Source: a virus
Taxonomy: Duplodnaviria > Caudoviricetes
DNA: 64,000 bases
IMG/VR virus record: IMGVR_UViG_3300048016_000072
Coordinates: 3,256 to 67,255 of that record
Direction: 5' to 3' (one strand)
A program made the position numbers and the translations under genes. The notes beneath the pieces were generated by a model. It did not search any database, was not told the DNA's origin, and saw only the letters and a program-made list of their open reading frames with translations. Position 1 is the first letter of the stretch, and each line of letters starts with the position of its first letter. Below are positions 10,203-21,400 of this stretch, one piece after another.

Positions 10203-10275
10203 TTGTCTGAAGTTTTGTTGGTTTTCTTCTGACAAACGGGACCCCTTGCTAGAAATGGCGGGGGTCTTTATTTTG
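10203..10275 (+). terminator. 3'-UTR hairpin (10203-10235) plus GAAA-loop intrinsic terminator (10240-10275)
   Basis: GACCCCTTGCTA-GAAA-TGGCGGGGGTC then TTTATTTT. G-U pairs indicate folding on the + strand. Confidence 0.8.
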
Positions 10276-10362
10276 TATTAAACTAACAAAAGCTTGGAAG
10301 TATGGAATATTTTTATCAGTTTTATCTTCCATAAGTGTAACTAACAACAAAAAGAGTAACTT

Positions 10363-11637
10363 ATGAGTACTAAATCTATCAATGAATTAGTAGCACACAG
10401 CATTACCTGGAAGAAGAGTAACATGTATTGTGCTGACAAACTAGGACTATCGCTTTTACAATACAAGAAGTTAAAACGACAAGTCCTTTTAGACCAGAAG
10501 TTCAATCCAGATGCCCCTGACTTAGCTTACGATATCGAGATTGAAGAGAATGTAAAGGATGGTACTGCAAAGATAACAGGTACTACAACAGAACAACCTC
10601 AATCAGCAGAAGAGATCATTAGAGTACTGAAGATCGATTTATCAAAGTGGGAACTTAATCGATTCTGGAACAAACAAAAGAAGAACGGCTGGTTAGTATC
10701 AGCATTAGTAGTAAAGAAAAAAGACGGCGACTTATCAATAGAAGACGCAGAGCATATAATTGCGAGAGTATTCCAAGACAAAAACTTCAAACCTGTCACT
10801 CTCTACCCATCGATATCAAATCAAAAAGCATTATTTGTTTATTTATCTGACAGACATATCGCTGCGTATGTTGGTGGGGTTGCTATGTATGCAAACTCAT
10901 ATGATAAAACAGTATACAAAAAACGTTTAGCAGAAGTATTACATGAAATACATTATCAGAAAAGTATATTCGGCAAGTTCGAGGACGTATTCATTATCGA
11001 TTTGGGAGATAAGATGGATGGTCTTGATGGTTATACAACTAGAGGTGGTCACAAGCTTCCTCAGAATATGAATAACCGCGAAGCATTTGAAGTAGCTGTT
11101 GAAGCAGAAAAAGAGTTTATAGACTCAGTGATTGCATCAGATGTAGCAAACAACTATCATGTTTATCAGAATGCTAACTCAAACCATGGTGGTGACTTCG
11201 ACTATATGGTTAATAGAGCTTTAGAGATATATGTAAATACAAAGTATCCACAAGTAAGTACAAAGATCTTTCAGAGATTTATTGAACATGTACAGTATGG
11301 AGATCATTGCTTTATGTTTACTCATGGTAAAGATGATGCTGATATGAAGCATGGTTTACCTTTACATCTAAATGATAAGGTTGAGAATTACTTGCGTAAG
11401 TATTTGATGTATAATAAGATTGACCCAGATACATGTTACGTATCTTTAGTTAAAGGGGATCTTCATATGTCAGCTAGTCAAGGAGCTTATGGATTTAGAT
11501 ACCGTAACGTATTATCTTTATTTGGAGGCAGTAAGTGGATAGGAACAAACTTTGGACCTAACAGACCAGGTTGTAGTTATGAGATTGTTGAGAAGTATAC
11601 AGAACGCATACTTGAAGGGAACATCATGTTTTCATAG
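10363..11637 (+). CDS. Calcineurin-like metallophosphoesterase
   Basis: Motifs SDRH, LGDKMDG, SNHGG, THG and GDLH. Confidence 0.8.
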   Translation: MSTKSINELVAHSITWKKSNMYCADKLGLSLLQYKKLKRQVLLDQKFNPDAPDLAYDIEIEENVKDGTAKITGTTTEQPQSAEEIIRVLKIDLSKWELNRFWNKQKKNGWLVSALVVKKKDGDLSIEDAEHIIARVFQDKNFKPVTLYPSISNQKALFVYLSDRHIAAYVGGVAMYANSYDKTVYKKRLAEVLHEIHYQKSIFGKFEDVFIIDLGDKMDGLDGYTTRGGHKLPQNMNNREAFEVAVEAEKEFIDSVIASDVANNYHVYQNANSNHGGDFDYMVNRALEIYVNTKYPQVSTKIFQRFIEHVQYGDHCFMFTHGKDDADMKHGLPLHLNDKVENYLRKYLMYNKIDPDTCYVSLVKGDLHMSASQGAYGFRYRNVLSLFGGSKWIGTNFGPNRPGCSYEIVEKYTERILEGNIMFS

Positions 11638-11656
11638 GAAACTTGGCATATTTTTT

Positions 11657-11671
11657 GTAAATTATTAGTAG
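11657..11671 (+). promoter_or_regulatory. Putative late-promoter motif
   Basis: AAACTTGGCATATTTTTT-GTAAATTAT-TA-GTAG upstream of the tail operon. Confidence 0.55.
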
Positions 11672-11683
11672 AAGAGCCTCTAT

Positions 11684-12268
11684 ATGAAGGTATATAAACA
11701 ACCAGATTTAAACGCTCCTCGGTATCGTCCAAAGAAACTAAACATACTTAGTCAGGATACTTACAGGAACTTCTTACAGAAGAATCCAAAGTATCGTTCT
11801 TTAACATACCAAGAGTATAAAGAGATCGTCATTGCAATAAACGGCAAGCTCTGGGAAACAGTTATAGATAATAGAGATGGGGTAGAACTACCAGAACATC
11901 TTGGTTATTTATTCATAGGTACATGTAAGCGAAAGATTACAGATAATACAGACTATCAGAAGTCTGCTATCTATGGTGTTAAAGTGCAGAGACAAAACTG
12001 GGAGTCAGATCAGTTCGTAGCAAAGATCTTCTATACCAACTTTGAAGTCAAGTACAGGTTTAAGTTTCATCATATGTGGGGCTTTACTGGTGTTAGAGAC
12101 TTTAAACGTACTGTTGCAAAGACTTATCCGATTGAGTGGAAGAAGTATCCCGTGATCGATAACTTTCAGCAGGTCTCTAGAATGTTTCGTATATCAAATC
12201 GAAAGGATCTACAAGATAAGAAAACAGCTGAAGACCTCATTAACTATGATGAGTTCGACTTAGATTAA
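11684..12268 (+). CDS. crAss-like IHF/HU-related protein
   Basis: DGVELPEHLGYLFIG resembles the HU/IHF strand motif. Its position before the ring and muzzle genes matches crAss-like synteny. Confidence 0.55.
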   Translation: MKVYKQPDLNAPRYRPKKLNILSQDTYRNFLQKNPKYRSLTYQEYKEIVIAINGKLWETVIDNRDGVELPEHLGYLFIGTCKRKITDNTDYQKSAIYGVKVQRQNWESDQFVAKIFYTNFEVKYRFKFHHMWGFTGVRDFKRTVAKTYPIEWKKYPVIDNFQQVSRMFRISNRKDLQDKKTAEDLINYDEFDLD

Positions 12269-12275
12269 TACAATC

Positions 12276-12953
12276 ATGGCAAGAACCACTATTGGAGAAG
12301 TTATCTCACGAGTACGTAATCAGTTAAAGGCTGTCAAATCAGACGCCTTTTTAACTGATCGTTTTATTTATAGTCTTATCAGTAAACACGCTAAGTGGTT
12401 AATGAAGCGTGAAGATGGTAAGAATAAGATTATGTCTTTTGCATCTATCTTTCAAACGCTTGACTATGTTGAGCTTGTTGAGATTGATCGTGTTGAGGCA
12501 CAGTGCACAGGTATTAAATCTGGTCTTACATTCAGACGTACAAAGGCAAAGATACCTGCATTCATGCAAGGATACTGGGGACCATTGATCCGTTCGATAA
12601 CTTCTATTGATGGTAGTGAGTCATTACAACCAACAACCCCTGCAACGTTCTTGAATATTGCAAAGCAGAAGAACTATAAGTATAATAAAACAAAGTACTT
12701 CTGGTTCTTGAACGATCACTTATACTTTCCAGATCTTGATTGGGATGCTGTAAGAGTTGAAGCCGCTTTTGAAGATAGTGTTGGATGTTGGAACTGTGAT
12801 CCTTCTGATGACTGTAACTTTAGACAACTAGAACCCTTTAACGTTCCTGACTTCCTGCATGGTGAGATTGAGTCAAACGTAATGAAAGACTTCGGTATAA
12901 CTTTACAGATACCATCTGATGTATCTGCTGATAAACAAAGCAACTTTAGATAA
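12276..12953 (+). CDS. Tail ring/tubular protein (crAss-like)
   Basis: TIGEVISRVRNQLK..DRFI..KY.W..NDHLYF, plus synteny. Confidence 0.65.
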   Translation: MARTTIGEVISRVRNQLKAVKSDAFLTDRFIYSLISKHAKWLMKREDGKNKIMSFASIFQTLDYVELVEIDRVEAQCTGIKSGLTFRRTKAKIPAFMQGYWGPLIRSITSIDGSESLQPTTPATFLNIAKQKNYKYNKTKYFWFLNDHLYFPDLDWDAVRVEAAFEDSVGCWNCDPSDDCNFRQLEPFNVPDFLHGEIESNVMKDFGITLQIPSDVSADKQSNFR

Positions 12954-13864
12954 TGAATACTGACTTACAATATCGCACCTTTGACGAGTTAATGGCATCC
13001 GTGTCATCTGACTTTCGTATGTATAATCTTGAGGGGATGATTGAGCCAGCTGATCTTATCAAAGTTGCTCAACGGGTTTCTTATGATCTTGGTCTTCGTA
13101 TCAATAAGACAAAAGAGACAGTGCTTGAGATTACAAAAGGAAAAGCTCGTTTGCCTCTTGACTTCTATGTACTTAACAATGCAATGTTGTTAGGTCAGTA
13201 TAAAGTAAAGACTCCTGTAATGGCTGGTCGTCAAACAGAAGAATTAACACTTGTTGTTGATCCTGGTGTTTGTAGATCATGTGGCTCTGAAGCTACTGTT
13301 TGTGGATGTACTGATACGTATACTACATCAACTCAGCAACATGGTGATAACCATGGAGAAGTAGTACTTGTTGAAAAGATCAGAAATGAGGTTAGAATCT
13401 ATGATCACTTCGAAAGAGTACATATGAACCCAAGTAAGTTTTTATCTCGTTACGCTCAAAGTATGGGGCTTGCAGGAGATAGCACTGCTTGGCATGCAGA
13501 GATCAAGAATGGTTTTATTCATACCAATCTAACAGAAGGTAAGATCTACATAAACTACGAAGGATCATTAGAAGACGAAGATGGTAACTTATTAGTTCTT
13601 GATCATCCAATGATTAACGAATACTATGAGTATGCTTTAAAGAAACGTATTCTTGAAAACTTGTTTATGAACGGTGAGAATACCGTTACTAATCAGATTC
13701 AACTTATTGAACCGTTGTATAGAGCTGCAAGAAACAATGCTTTATCAATAGTTAATACTCCTAACTTCCAGGAGATGCATGATCTATGGGCTAAGAACAG
13801 AAAAGCCCAATACAATAGATACTATGCAATGTTTAGTTCAGCTTCAAATACTACCTTTAAGTAA
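12953..13864 (+). CDS. Tail ring/tubular protein (crAss-like, P22 gp4-related)
   Basis: KARLPLDF..IKNGFIHTN..GKIYINY..DEDGNLLV..YALK, immediately before the muzzle gene. Confidence 0.7.
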   Translation: MNTDLQYRTFDELMASVSSDFRMYNLEGMIEPADLIKVAQRVSYDLGLRINKTKETVLEITKGKARLPLDFYVLNNAMLLGQYKVKTPVMAGRQTEELTLVVDPGVCRSCGSEATVCGCTDTYTTSTQQHGDNHGEVVLVEKIRNEVRIYDHFERVHMNPSKFLSRYAQSMGLAGDSTAWHAEIKNGFIHTNLTEGKIYINYEGSLEDEDGNLLVLDHPMINEYYEYALKKRILENLFMNGENTVTNQIQLIEPLYRAARNNALSIVNTPNFQEMHDLWAKNRKAQYNRYYAMFSSASNTTFK

Positions 13865-16800
13865 TGGCAACATCACCAAAAGATAACGCTAGTGTAATCA
13901 ATACCTTCTCAAAAGGTATGATGAAAGACCTTAACGAAACCTTCGTTGGTGAAGGCGTATGGTTGCATGCACGAAACGCTGTCAATAACTCACATGATGG
14001 GCAAGTTGGTGTTCTTGGTAATGAGCCTGCTAACTTACACACAGTTGATTTACCCTACTCGTTAATTGGTTCTATACCTATTACAGATGGTACGTGGGCT
14101 TTATTTACAACAGATAACATTGATTCTGAGATAGGTATTTTTGATGCTAACCTTGGAACATACAAGACTGTTGTTAATGATCGTGGATTAAACTTTCATA
14201 AGAACAATCTTATTACAGGAGCATCTCGTAAAGGATTTGATTGTGGATATAAAGTATACTTTGATGATGCTCGCCGTAACCCATCTCGTGTATTAGATCT
14301 TGATAACGTCCCTTATGTTATAAAGAAAGTAAAGCAAGGTGAGTGTTACATTGAACAGTCAACAGGAGTTCTTGATGTTGAGCAGATGCGTCTTGCTCAG
14401 ATCTTGACCATACCTTGTGTTAATATTGAGAAAGGTAAAGCTGCTGGTACATTACGTAACGGTTCTTATCAAGTAGCGATTGCTTATTCAATCAATAGTA
14501 TTCGTGTTACTGACTATCTTGTTGTATCTGAAGTACAAGGTTTGTTTGAACATGATGGAGAAGGAGGTAGTTTAACTGTTGATATCTCGAATACAGACCA
14601 AGATTTTGATGAGTTTGAGTTAGTACTCATCTCAGTAGTAAATAATCAAACTACGGCCAAAAGATTAGGTATATACTCTGTTAATCAGAACCGTGTTTAC
14701 ATTGATTCTGTTGAGCCAGATCTTATTACAGTACCACTTGAACTTATCCCATTAGTGACTCCAGCAATTGAGGCATCTGATGCAACATTTAGATTAAACA
14801 ACTATCTTGTTAGAGTTGGTATACAAAGCAAGTTTGACTTTAACTATCAACCATTAGCTAATAAGATCCAAACTAAATGGGCAAGTGTTGAGTATCCTGC
14901 AAACTACTACTTAAAAGGTGGTAACAATACAGGGTACATGAGAGATGAGCAGTATGCTTTCTTTATTAGATGGATATACAATACAGGTGATAAGTCTGCA
15001 TCATACCATATTCCTGGTAGAGCTCCACGTGTTGAAGAGCGTAACTACTTATTTTCTGCAGATGCAAGTGTTATTGAAGGAGATGAGTCACCAGAAGTAT
15101 GGAAAGTAAAAAACACAGCTGAGGTTTTATCTGTTCCTAATACACAACGTGCAGATGGTGGTGTTCTTATTGCTGAAGGAGAGATGGGCTTTTGGGAGTC
15201 TACAGAGATTTATCCAGATAACAAACCAGACATCTGGGGTAACTTATGTGGAGAAAAGATTAGACACCATAAGTTTCCTGATAACTCATTAGCTGAGCAA
15301 GTATATCATCAATCACAAGGTGGTGATAAGATACGTGTTCTTGGGGTTAAGTTTGAGAATATTTCTGTACCATTAGATAATGCTGGTAATCCATTAACTG
15401 ATATTATCGGATATGAGATTCTTAGAGGTTCAAGAGAAGGTAATAAGACTGTTGTTGCAAAAGGTTTATTAAACAACATGCGTCAACATGATATGCCTGA
15501 TCAACCAGGAGTAAAGGGTTTGTATCAGAACTATCCATACAATGACTTAAGAGAAGATCTTTTCTTAACGTCAAACAAGAGCTTTATTGATCGTGGTGCA
15601 AGAAACAATCGTTTAGAAGATGGTCTTAAGGAGTATAGAAAAGACATGTTCTCTTTCCATAGTCCAGACACATCATTCTCTAAACCATATCTTTCAGCAT
15701 CTGAACTTAAGGTTTACAGTGAAGTATATGGTACATCTGAAGGATCTTTCAAGTATGTATACAAGCATCCACAGTTTAAGATTCTAAGTGAAGCTGCAAA
15801 AGGAACTATTGATGCATTACTTAGTACTCTTATTGCAACTAATCTCCTTACAAATGCGGCGAAAACTATTAAGTTTGGTGGCACGGAAGGTGAGCCGTTT
15901 GAGTTCTCATTAGGCGGTGGTGTTCCTACACCAGGTCCTCCTGCCGCTGCTTCAGATGCTCTTGGTGCTACAGGTGCTGCAACAAGTGCAATATCAATTG
16001 CTGCTTATGTTGCAAACCTTGCGATCTATACAGCAAACGTTGTTGCTTTAATCTATGCTGCTAAGTTATTAAAAGATCAGTATAGTGAAAAGGTAATAAA
16101 CGTTGTTGCAAGCATGATACCAAAGCGTCAGTTTGCAACACAGTATGACTCACATGGATTCTATAGCAACTACAGTATTAACACAGGTGTTGATAATGCT
16201 CGTAGAAAAGTAGCTGATGCCTTTTATATTGGAGACAACTTGCAGTCTTACAATGAGTATAGAATAAATAACTTGCACAGAGGTAAGTATGTATTAGTTA
16301 ATACTACTCGTGAGTTCGATGCTCCAAAAATAGTTGATACTAGTAGAAACACAAAGACTCAGTTACAGACTGATCTTAATACAACGGTTAAATCTGCGAT
16401 CTCAGGATACTACGGTGCCATTAAATCAGCGTTTCCATCTCAGTATGGTCAGCTAGAATCTATAAAGCAAGTTCCTGTGTATACATGTGTGTATCAAACT
16501 CAACCAGATAAAACAAAGGTTTATTCAACTGATGTGTTATTTGGAGGAGATATCTATATTGGTCGTTACACAGAAAAAAATCCGTTCTTATTCTTCCACG
16601 ATTGGTTATACGATCAACAAGATGAGTTGTTATATGACTATCGTGCAAGAATGTCTGTTGCTTACCCAAGATATTGGTTAGAGAATACAGATGCAAAACG
16701 TTTAGTAACAGATGGTACAACAGCGTTTTCACACCTTGACGATAGACATGAGGTTGATTCTTATGTTAACAGAGGACACTTCTACTTATTCTGTAATGGG

Positions 16801-18462
16801 GTTAGAGACTTCTTTGTAGAGTCAGAAGTAAACTTAGCATATCGTGATTGGGATGAGACTCCTGATAAGCGTCACTACGATCCAGATAAGTATACTGATC
16901 TTACATCAATGTTTAGATCAGATATTATGAAGAAGGGTAACTACTACAAGTATGATTACTCTCTTAGTGTATCTAAGTTATACAACAACTATATTAGTTG
17001 GGGATCAATGCAGTCTCGTAGCTATGATCCAAAAGTAGCTGAGCAATGTTATAGTTATTCACCAAATAGAATCATGTATTCTCTTCCACAAGAGCAAGAG
17101 CAAATGCAAGATAACTGGGTGCGTTTCTTACCTAACAACTACATTGATATGAGTGGTAGAGTAACAGCTTTAAAGTCTGTTGGTCATACAGGAGCTTTAA
17201 TTATGTTAGAGAATGAATCACCAATAATGATTCAAGGTGTTGACTCACTACAAACAGATGCAGGTATTAAGATTACTGTTGGAGATGGCGGTTTGTTTAA
17301 CCAACCAATGAGAAACATTATGAATACTGATGACGAGTACCAATATGGTTCATGTCAGAGTAAGTATGCTATTGTTGGTATACCAGCTGGTGTATTCTGG
17401 GTATCTCAGGAACAAGGTAAAATATTCCAGTATGCAGGACAGTATAAAGAAATCTCAAGAAACGGTAACAAGTGGTGGTTTGCTAAGTATCTTCCTTCTC
17501 AGTTGCTCAAAGCTTTTCCAAACTTTGCTCACTACGATAATCCTCTTATTGGTGTTGGCTGTAACATGTCCTATGATAATACTAATGAGATCTTATATAT
17601 TACTAAAAAGGATTACAAGCCAATAAACAAGAATCTTAAGTATGATACCATTAATGGTTTCTATACGCTAGGAGAAGAGTTTATTGATAACGGTGTTGTT
17701 AAGCAAACAAAGACTGCTGTAACTCTTGGTGATCCATTACATTTTGAGAATGCATCTTGGACAATGAGTTATGATGTTAAGAACGAACAGTTTTTATCTG
17801 TTCATGACTGGCATCCTAACTTTATTATTCCAGCAAGAAGTTCATTCTTGACTGTACAAGATAAAGGTATATGGAGACATAACAGTAGAACAGACTTATA
17901 CTGTAATTTCTATGGTGTTGATTATCCATTTGAAGTTGAGTATGTTGCATCAACAGGTGTTAATGTAGCTACTGTAAAGAACGTTGAATACATCCTTGAG
18001 TGCTTTAAGTATCTGAACGATGGTAATGATAAGTTCCATCTTCTTGATGATAACTTTGATAGAGCTTTAGTATATAACTCAGAACAAGTATCAGGTTACT
18101 TAGACCTTAACTTAAAGAGAAAGAATGATCCTATAAGCTTGTTACTATATCCAATGGTTCAATCTGATAGTATAAAGATCAACTACTCAAAAGAAGAGAA
18201 CAAGTATCGCTTTAACCAGTTCTGGGATATTACAAAGAACAGAGGTGAGTTCGTTGGTAACGAGGTTCCAATGTTTAATGTATCGTCAAACGGATATACA
18301 AGAGCTCTTAATCCAAAGTATGTTGACTATAAGAAGTCAGAGATTGAGCGTAAGAAGTTTAGACACTATGCAAACCGTGTATTTTTACGTAAGATAAAGA
18401 GTGGTTCAACCAAAATGTTATTTAAGCTAATAAGCACTAAGCTACAAATCAGTCAACGATGA
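13864..18462 (+). CDS. Tail muzzle/stabilisation protein (crAss-like, P22 gp10-related)
   Basis: 1532 aa. NTFSKGMMKD start, GYMRDEQYAF, IRHHKFPD, FGGDIYI and WTMSY..SVHDW motifs. Confidence 0.8.
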   Translation: MATSPKDNASVINTFSKGMMKDLNETFVGEGVWLHARNAVNNSHDGQVGVLGNEPANLHTVDLPYSLIGSIPITDGTWALFTTDNIDSEIGIFDANLGTYKTVVNDRGLNFHKNNLITGASRKGFDCGYKVYFDDARRNPSRVLDLDNVPYVIKKVKQGECYIEQSTGVLDVEQMRLAQILTIPCVNIEKGKAAGTLRNGSYQVAIAYSINSIRVTDYLVVSEVQGLFEHDGEGGSLTVDISNTDQDFDEFELVLISVVNNQTTAKRLGIYSVNQNRVYIDSVEPDLITVPLELIPLVTPAIEASDATFRLNNYLVRVGIQSKFDFNYQPLANKIQTKWASVEYPANYYLKGGNNTGYMRDEQYAFFIRWIYNTGDKSASYHIPGRAPRVEERNYLFSADASVIEGDESPEVWKVKNTAEVLSVPNTQRADGGVLIAEGEMGFWESTEIYPDNKPDIWGNLCGEKIRHHKFPDNSLAEQVYHQSQGGDKIRVLGVKFENISVPLDNAGNPLTDIIGYEILRGSREGNKTVVAKGLLNNMRQHDMPDQPGVKGLYQNYPYNDLREDLFLTSNKSFIDRGARNNRLEDGLKEYRKDMFSFHSPDTSFSKPYLSASELKVYSEVYGTSEGSFKYVYKHPQFKILSEAAKGTIDALLSTLIATNLLTNAAKTIKFGGTEGEPFEFSLGGGVPTPGPPAAASDALGATGAATSAISIAAYVANLAIYTANVVALIYAAKLLKDQYSEKVINVVASMIPKRQFATQYDSHGFYSNYSINTGVDNARRKVADAFYIGDNLQSYNEYRINNLHRGKYVLVNTTREFDAPKIVDTSRNTKTQLQTDLNTTVKSAISGYYGAIKSAFPSQYGQLESIKQVPVYTCVYQTQPDKTKVYSTDVLFGGDIYIGRYTEKNPFLFFHDWLYDQQDELLYDYRARMSVAYPRYWLENTDAKRLVTDGTTAFSHLDDRHEVDSYVNRGHFYLFCNGVRDFFVESEVNLAYRDWDETPDKRHYDPDKYTDLTSMFRSDIMKKGNYYKYDYSLSVSKLYNNYISWGSMQSRSYDPKVAEQCYSYSPNRIMYSLPQEQEQMQDNWVRFLPNNYIDMSGRVTALKSVGHTGALIMLENESPIMIQGVDSLQTDAGIKITVGDGGLFNQPMRNIMNTDDEYQYGSCQSKYAIVGIPAGVFWVSQEQGKIFQYAGQYKEISRNGNKWWFAKYLPSQLLKAFPNFAHYDNPLIGVGCNMSYDNTNEILYITKKDYKPINKNLKYDTINGFYTLGEEFIDNGVVKQTKTAVTLGDPLHFENASWTMSYDVKNEQFLSVHDWHPNFIIPARSSFLTVQDKGIWRHNSRTDLYCNFYGVDYPFEVEYVASTGVNVATVKNVEYILECFKYLNDGNDKFHLLDDNFDRALVYNSEQVSGYLDLNLKRKNDPISLLLYPMVQSDSIKINYSKEENKYRFNQFWDITKNRGEFVGNEVPMFNVSSNGYTRALNPKYVDYKKSEIERKKFRHYANRVFLRKIKSGSTKMLFKLISTKLQISQR

Positions 18463-21400
18463 GTTTTAACAGATCATTACTATCACAGATTACAAAAGAT
18501 TTAAACAAGAAACCAAGTAAGCCAAAGGTTCCAAAAAATCAATGGCAACATCCTGGTGAGATAACTACTATACCATCTAATAACATTACGATGGATGCTG
18601 TTAGTTATCCTGTGTTAGGTGTCCCTAATGTTGGACAAGCTCAAATGATGTATCCTAATCAAGACTATCTATTTCCTGATGCTGATAACGTTACTGAGTA
18701 TCCAATGATGCAGAATGGTGGACTATTAAGTCGATCTGTTACTTGCTCTAGTTGTGGTCATTCTTGGAAAGCAGTTGATGGTGGATCTGATCCTATGACA
18801 TGTCATAAGTGTGGAGGTTCTGTTAAGATGAAAAGTGGTGGTCAACATGGTGGATTGGATAGATGGTTTGCAGAAAAGTGGGTTGATGTTAAGAGTGGTA
18901 AACCATGTGGTAGACAAGAAGGTGAAAGTAGAGCTGGGTATCCAGCATGTCGTCCTTCAAAAAGAGTAAGTTCTGATACACCAAAGACAGCAAGCGAGTT
19001 GTCACCTGCAGAACGTGAAAAGTTTAAGAGATCAAAGACTTCTAGTGAAAGGATTAACTATCAACATAGAAGAAAACAATATGGTGGAGATACAATGGAT
19101 TATAACTATGATTACCCTACAGATTTTGAAAGCTATCAAGAAGCTTTAACAATGGCAAAAGGAGGAAATGTTCCTACTAATCCAGCATTATGGTCAAGAG
19201 CAAAGTCTGCTGCTCGCGCTAAGTATGATGTATATCCTTCAGCATATGCTAATGGCTGGGCTGCTAAGTGGTATAAGTCTAAAGGTGGTGGCTGGAGAAA
19301 AGGTCAATACGGTATAGAAGTTATGGGACAGGGTGGTACAAACAATCCTGGTTTCCAAGCATTACCTGATTATGTTCAACATAAGATATTATCAGAGATG
19401 AGCTTTGGTGGATATATGCCTGAGTTTGGTGGTGGTGGTTACACTGTGTCAAGAAGCTCTGATAGAAAAGGAAAGACACACAAAGTAACTGGTCCTGATG
19501 GAACTGTTAAATACTTTGGTGATTCTAAGTTAGGCCAGCATCCAAAAGATCCAGAACGTAAAGCAGCTTTCTATGCACGTCATAAAAAGAACTTAGATGG
19601 TAATCCTTACTTCAGAGCTTTTGCTAGAGCTACTTGGCAAACAGGTGGTGAGTCTAATATAGATCCAGATGCATCGTTTCTTGATTCAGCAAAAAAGGCT
19701 TTATCTTTTGCAAGTGATATACTTTCTATCCCTGCAAGAGCTGTTGTAAAAGGTTTAACAGGAAAATACCAAGATCCATCTGAAGCATTGGGTGTTAAAA
19801 ACCCTATTGGTGCATTTGCAATAAATGCTATTGCTGATCCAGTAAACTTGATTAGTGCAGGAACAGCAGGTATTTTAGCTAAAACATTAAAGAAAACTGG
19901 TAAAGCAGCTAAAGTATTGGACGTTGCTGATCGAGTTGCAAATGCAACGACGCTACAAAAACAAGTACCAGTTAGTAAAATCCCAGTTCCTGGTAACATA
20001 TCTCATTACGGTGCATCAAGTAATGATGTGATTAATGCACTTACAGAACGAGGTACAATTCTTGATCAACGAGGGGCTTTTAAAAAACCACTTCATCAAG
20101 ATGATATTGAATACTTTGGTACATATGGTGGCAGACCTATTGTAGGTGTTAATACCGTAAATGGCCCAGAGTATTTTTATAAGTCAACATCCTGGGGTGG
20201 TAAGAAAGAAATTAATCCAGGTGACTGGCAAGCATTTGGTCAATGGATGGATGTACCTACTGTTGATAACTGGTTTGTTAAAGGAAAAGGGTTTGAAAAC
20301 TTATATGGTAGTCAAAGTTTTAAGAACATAGCAAACCAGATGGACGATGTTATTATTCAAAAGTATGGAGTACCTAAGCAAGATTTGAATAAGTTTTTAA
20401 ACTTTCAAAACGTACAAGGGCAAGTGAATACTTTTACACCAAGTCGTGGGTATAAAGAAGGTGGTCAGACACGTAATGAGCGGGAGATGGTTAATGGTAT
20501 TGCTGATATCTTAGCTCAAGTAAGAGATCCACAAAATCGTGCTGAGATTGCTAAACAGATGATGTCTGATTTTAGACGTGATGATGTAGCTTACAACCAA
20601 CAGAGGTTCTTAGAGATGTCAGAGTTGAAGTATGGTGGAATGCAGAAGTATCAGACAGCTGGTCAAGTCATTAAACCAAAGAAAGGATACATCGATCTAT
20701 CAGAGTATGGTTATAACGCATTAGATGCTGAAGGTATTGCAAAAGCTGAAGAGCTAAATAAGATGTATCCTGGTTCTAAGTTTGTTTGTACCGCAAAAGG
20801 ATGTGCTGATATTGCAAGACAGATTGGCGATGCAAAAGGATATGACTTTGGCAGAAATAATGCTTGGGGATATAGAGGTAATATTCCTGAGTTATACACT
20901 TCTCCTGGTTATCAAACTGAATTAGATGCAGGTAAGCCATTACATGATCCAAGAAATTATGCTTTTCCAGAAGAAGTTAAACAACTATCTGGTGTATTAG
21001 TTGGTCTTAACCGCAAAGATAATTTTGATGGTAAGATGGCTAAAACTACGGCTGAAGCTAATGATAGTAGAGACTATGCTAACCGCATGCTGTATGCTGG
21101 TAATAATGCTGGTCATGAACACATTGGTTATTTTGGTGATGGTATGATGTATCATGGTACAGCATCTAGTAAAGATCATCCTGCATTTTATGTTATTGAT
21201 AATCCTGAAGATGGTATTGCTTTACCAGGTATATCGAAGTATAACGTTGTTAATGCAATGGGAGAACCTGGTCTTATGGACAGAGCAGCTAGTACTTTTA
21301 ATAGTGTTACTGGTTCTGTAGCAGATGCATTTAATGACTTCAAAGCTAAGTTTATAAAGCAACAAGGTGGTACTGCTTATAATGAGATGGTACAACGTTT

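Noticed and set aside
10000-10203. Antisense 67-aa ORF with an AAAACCAAC leader
   Set aside because: It lies almost entirely opposite a conserved domain, has no recognisable promoter, and the leader-like sequence is better explained as the + strand hairpin loop
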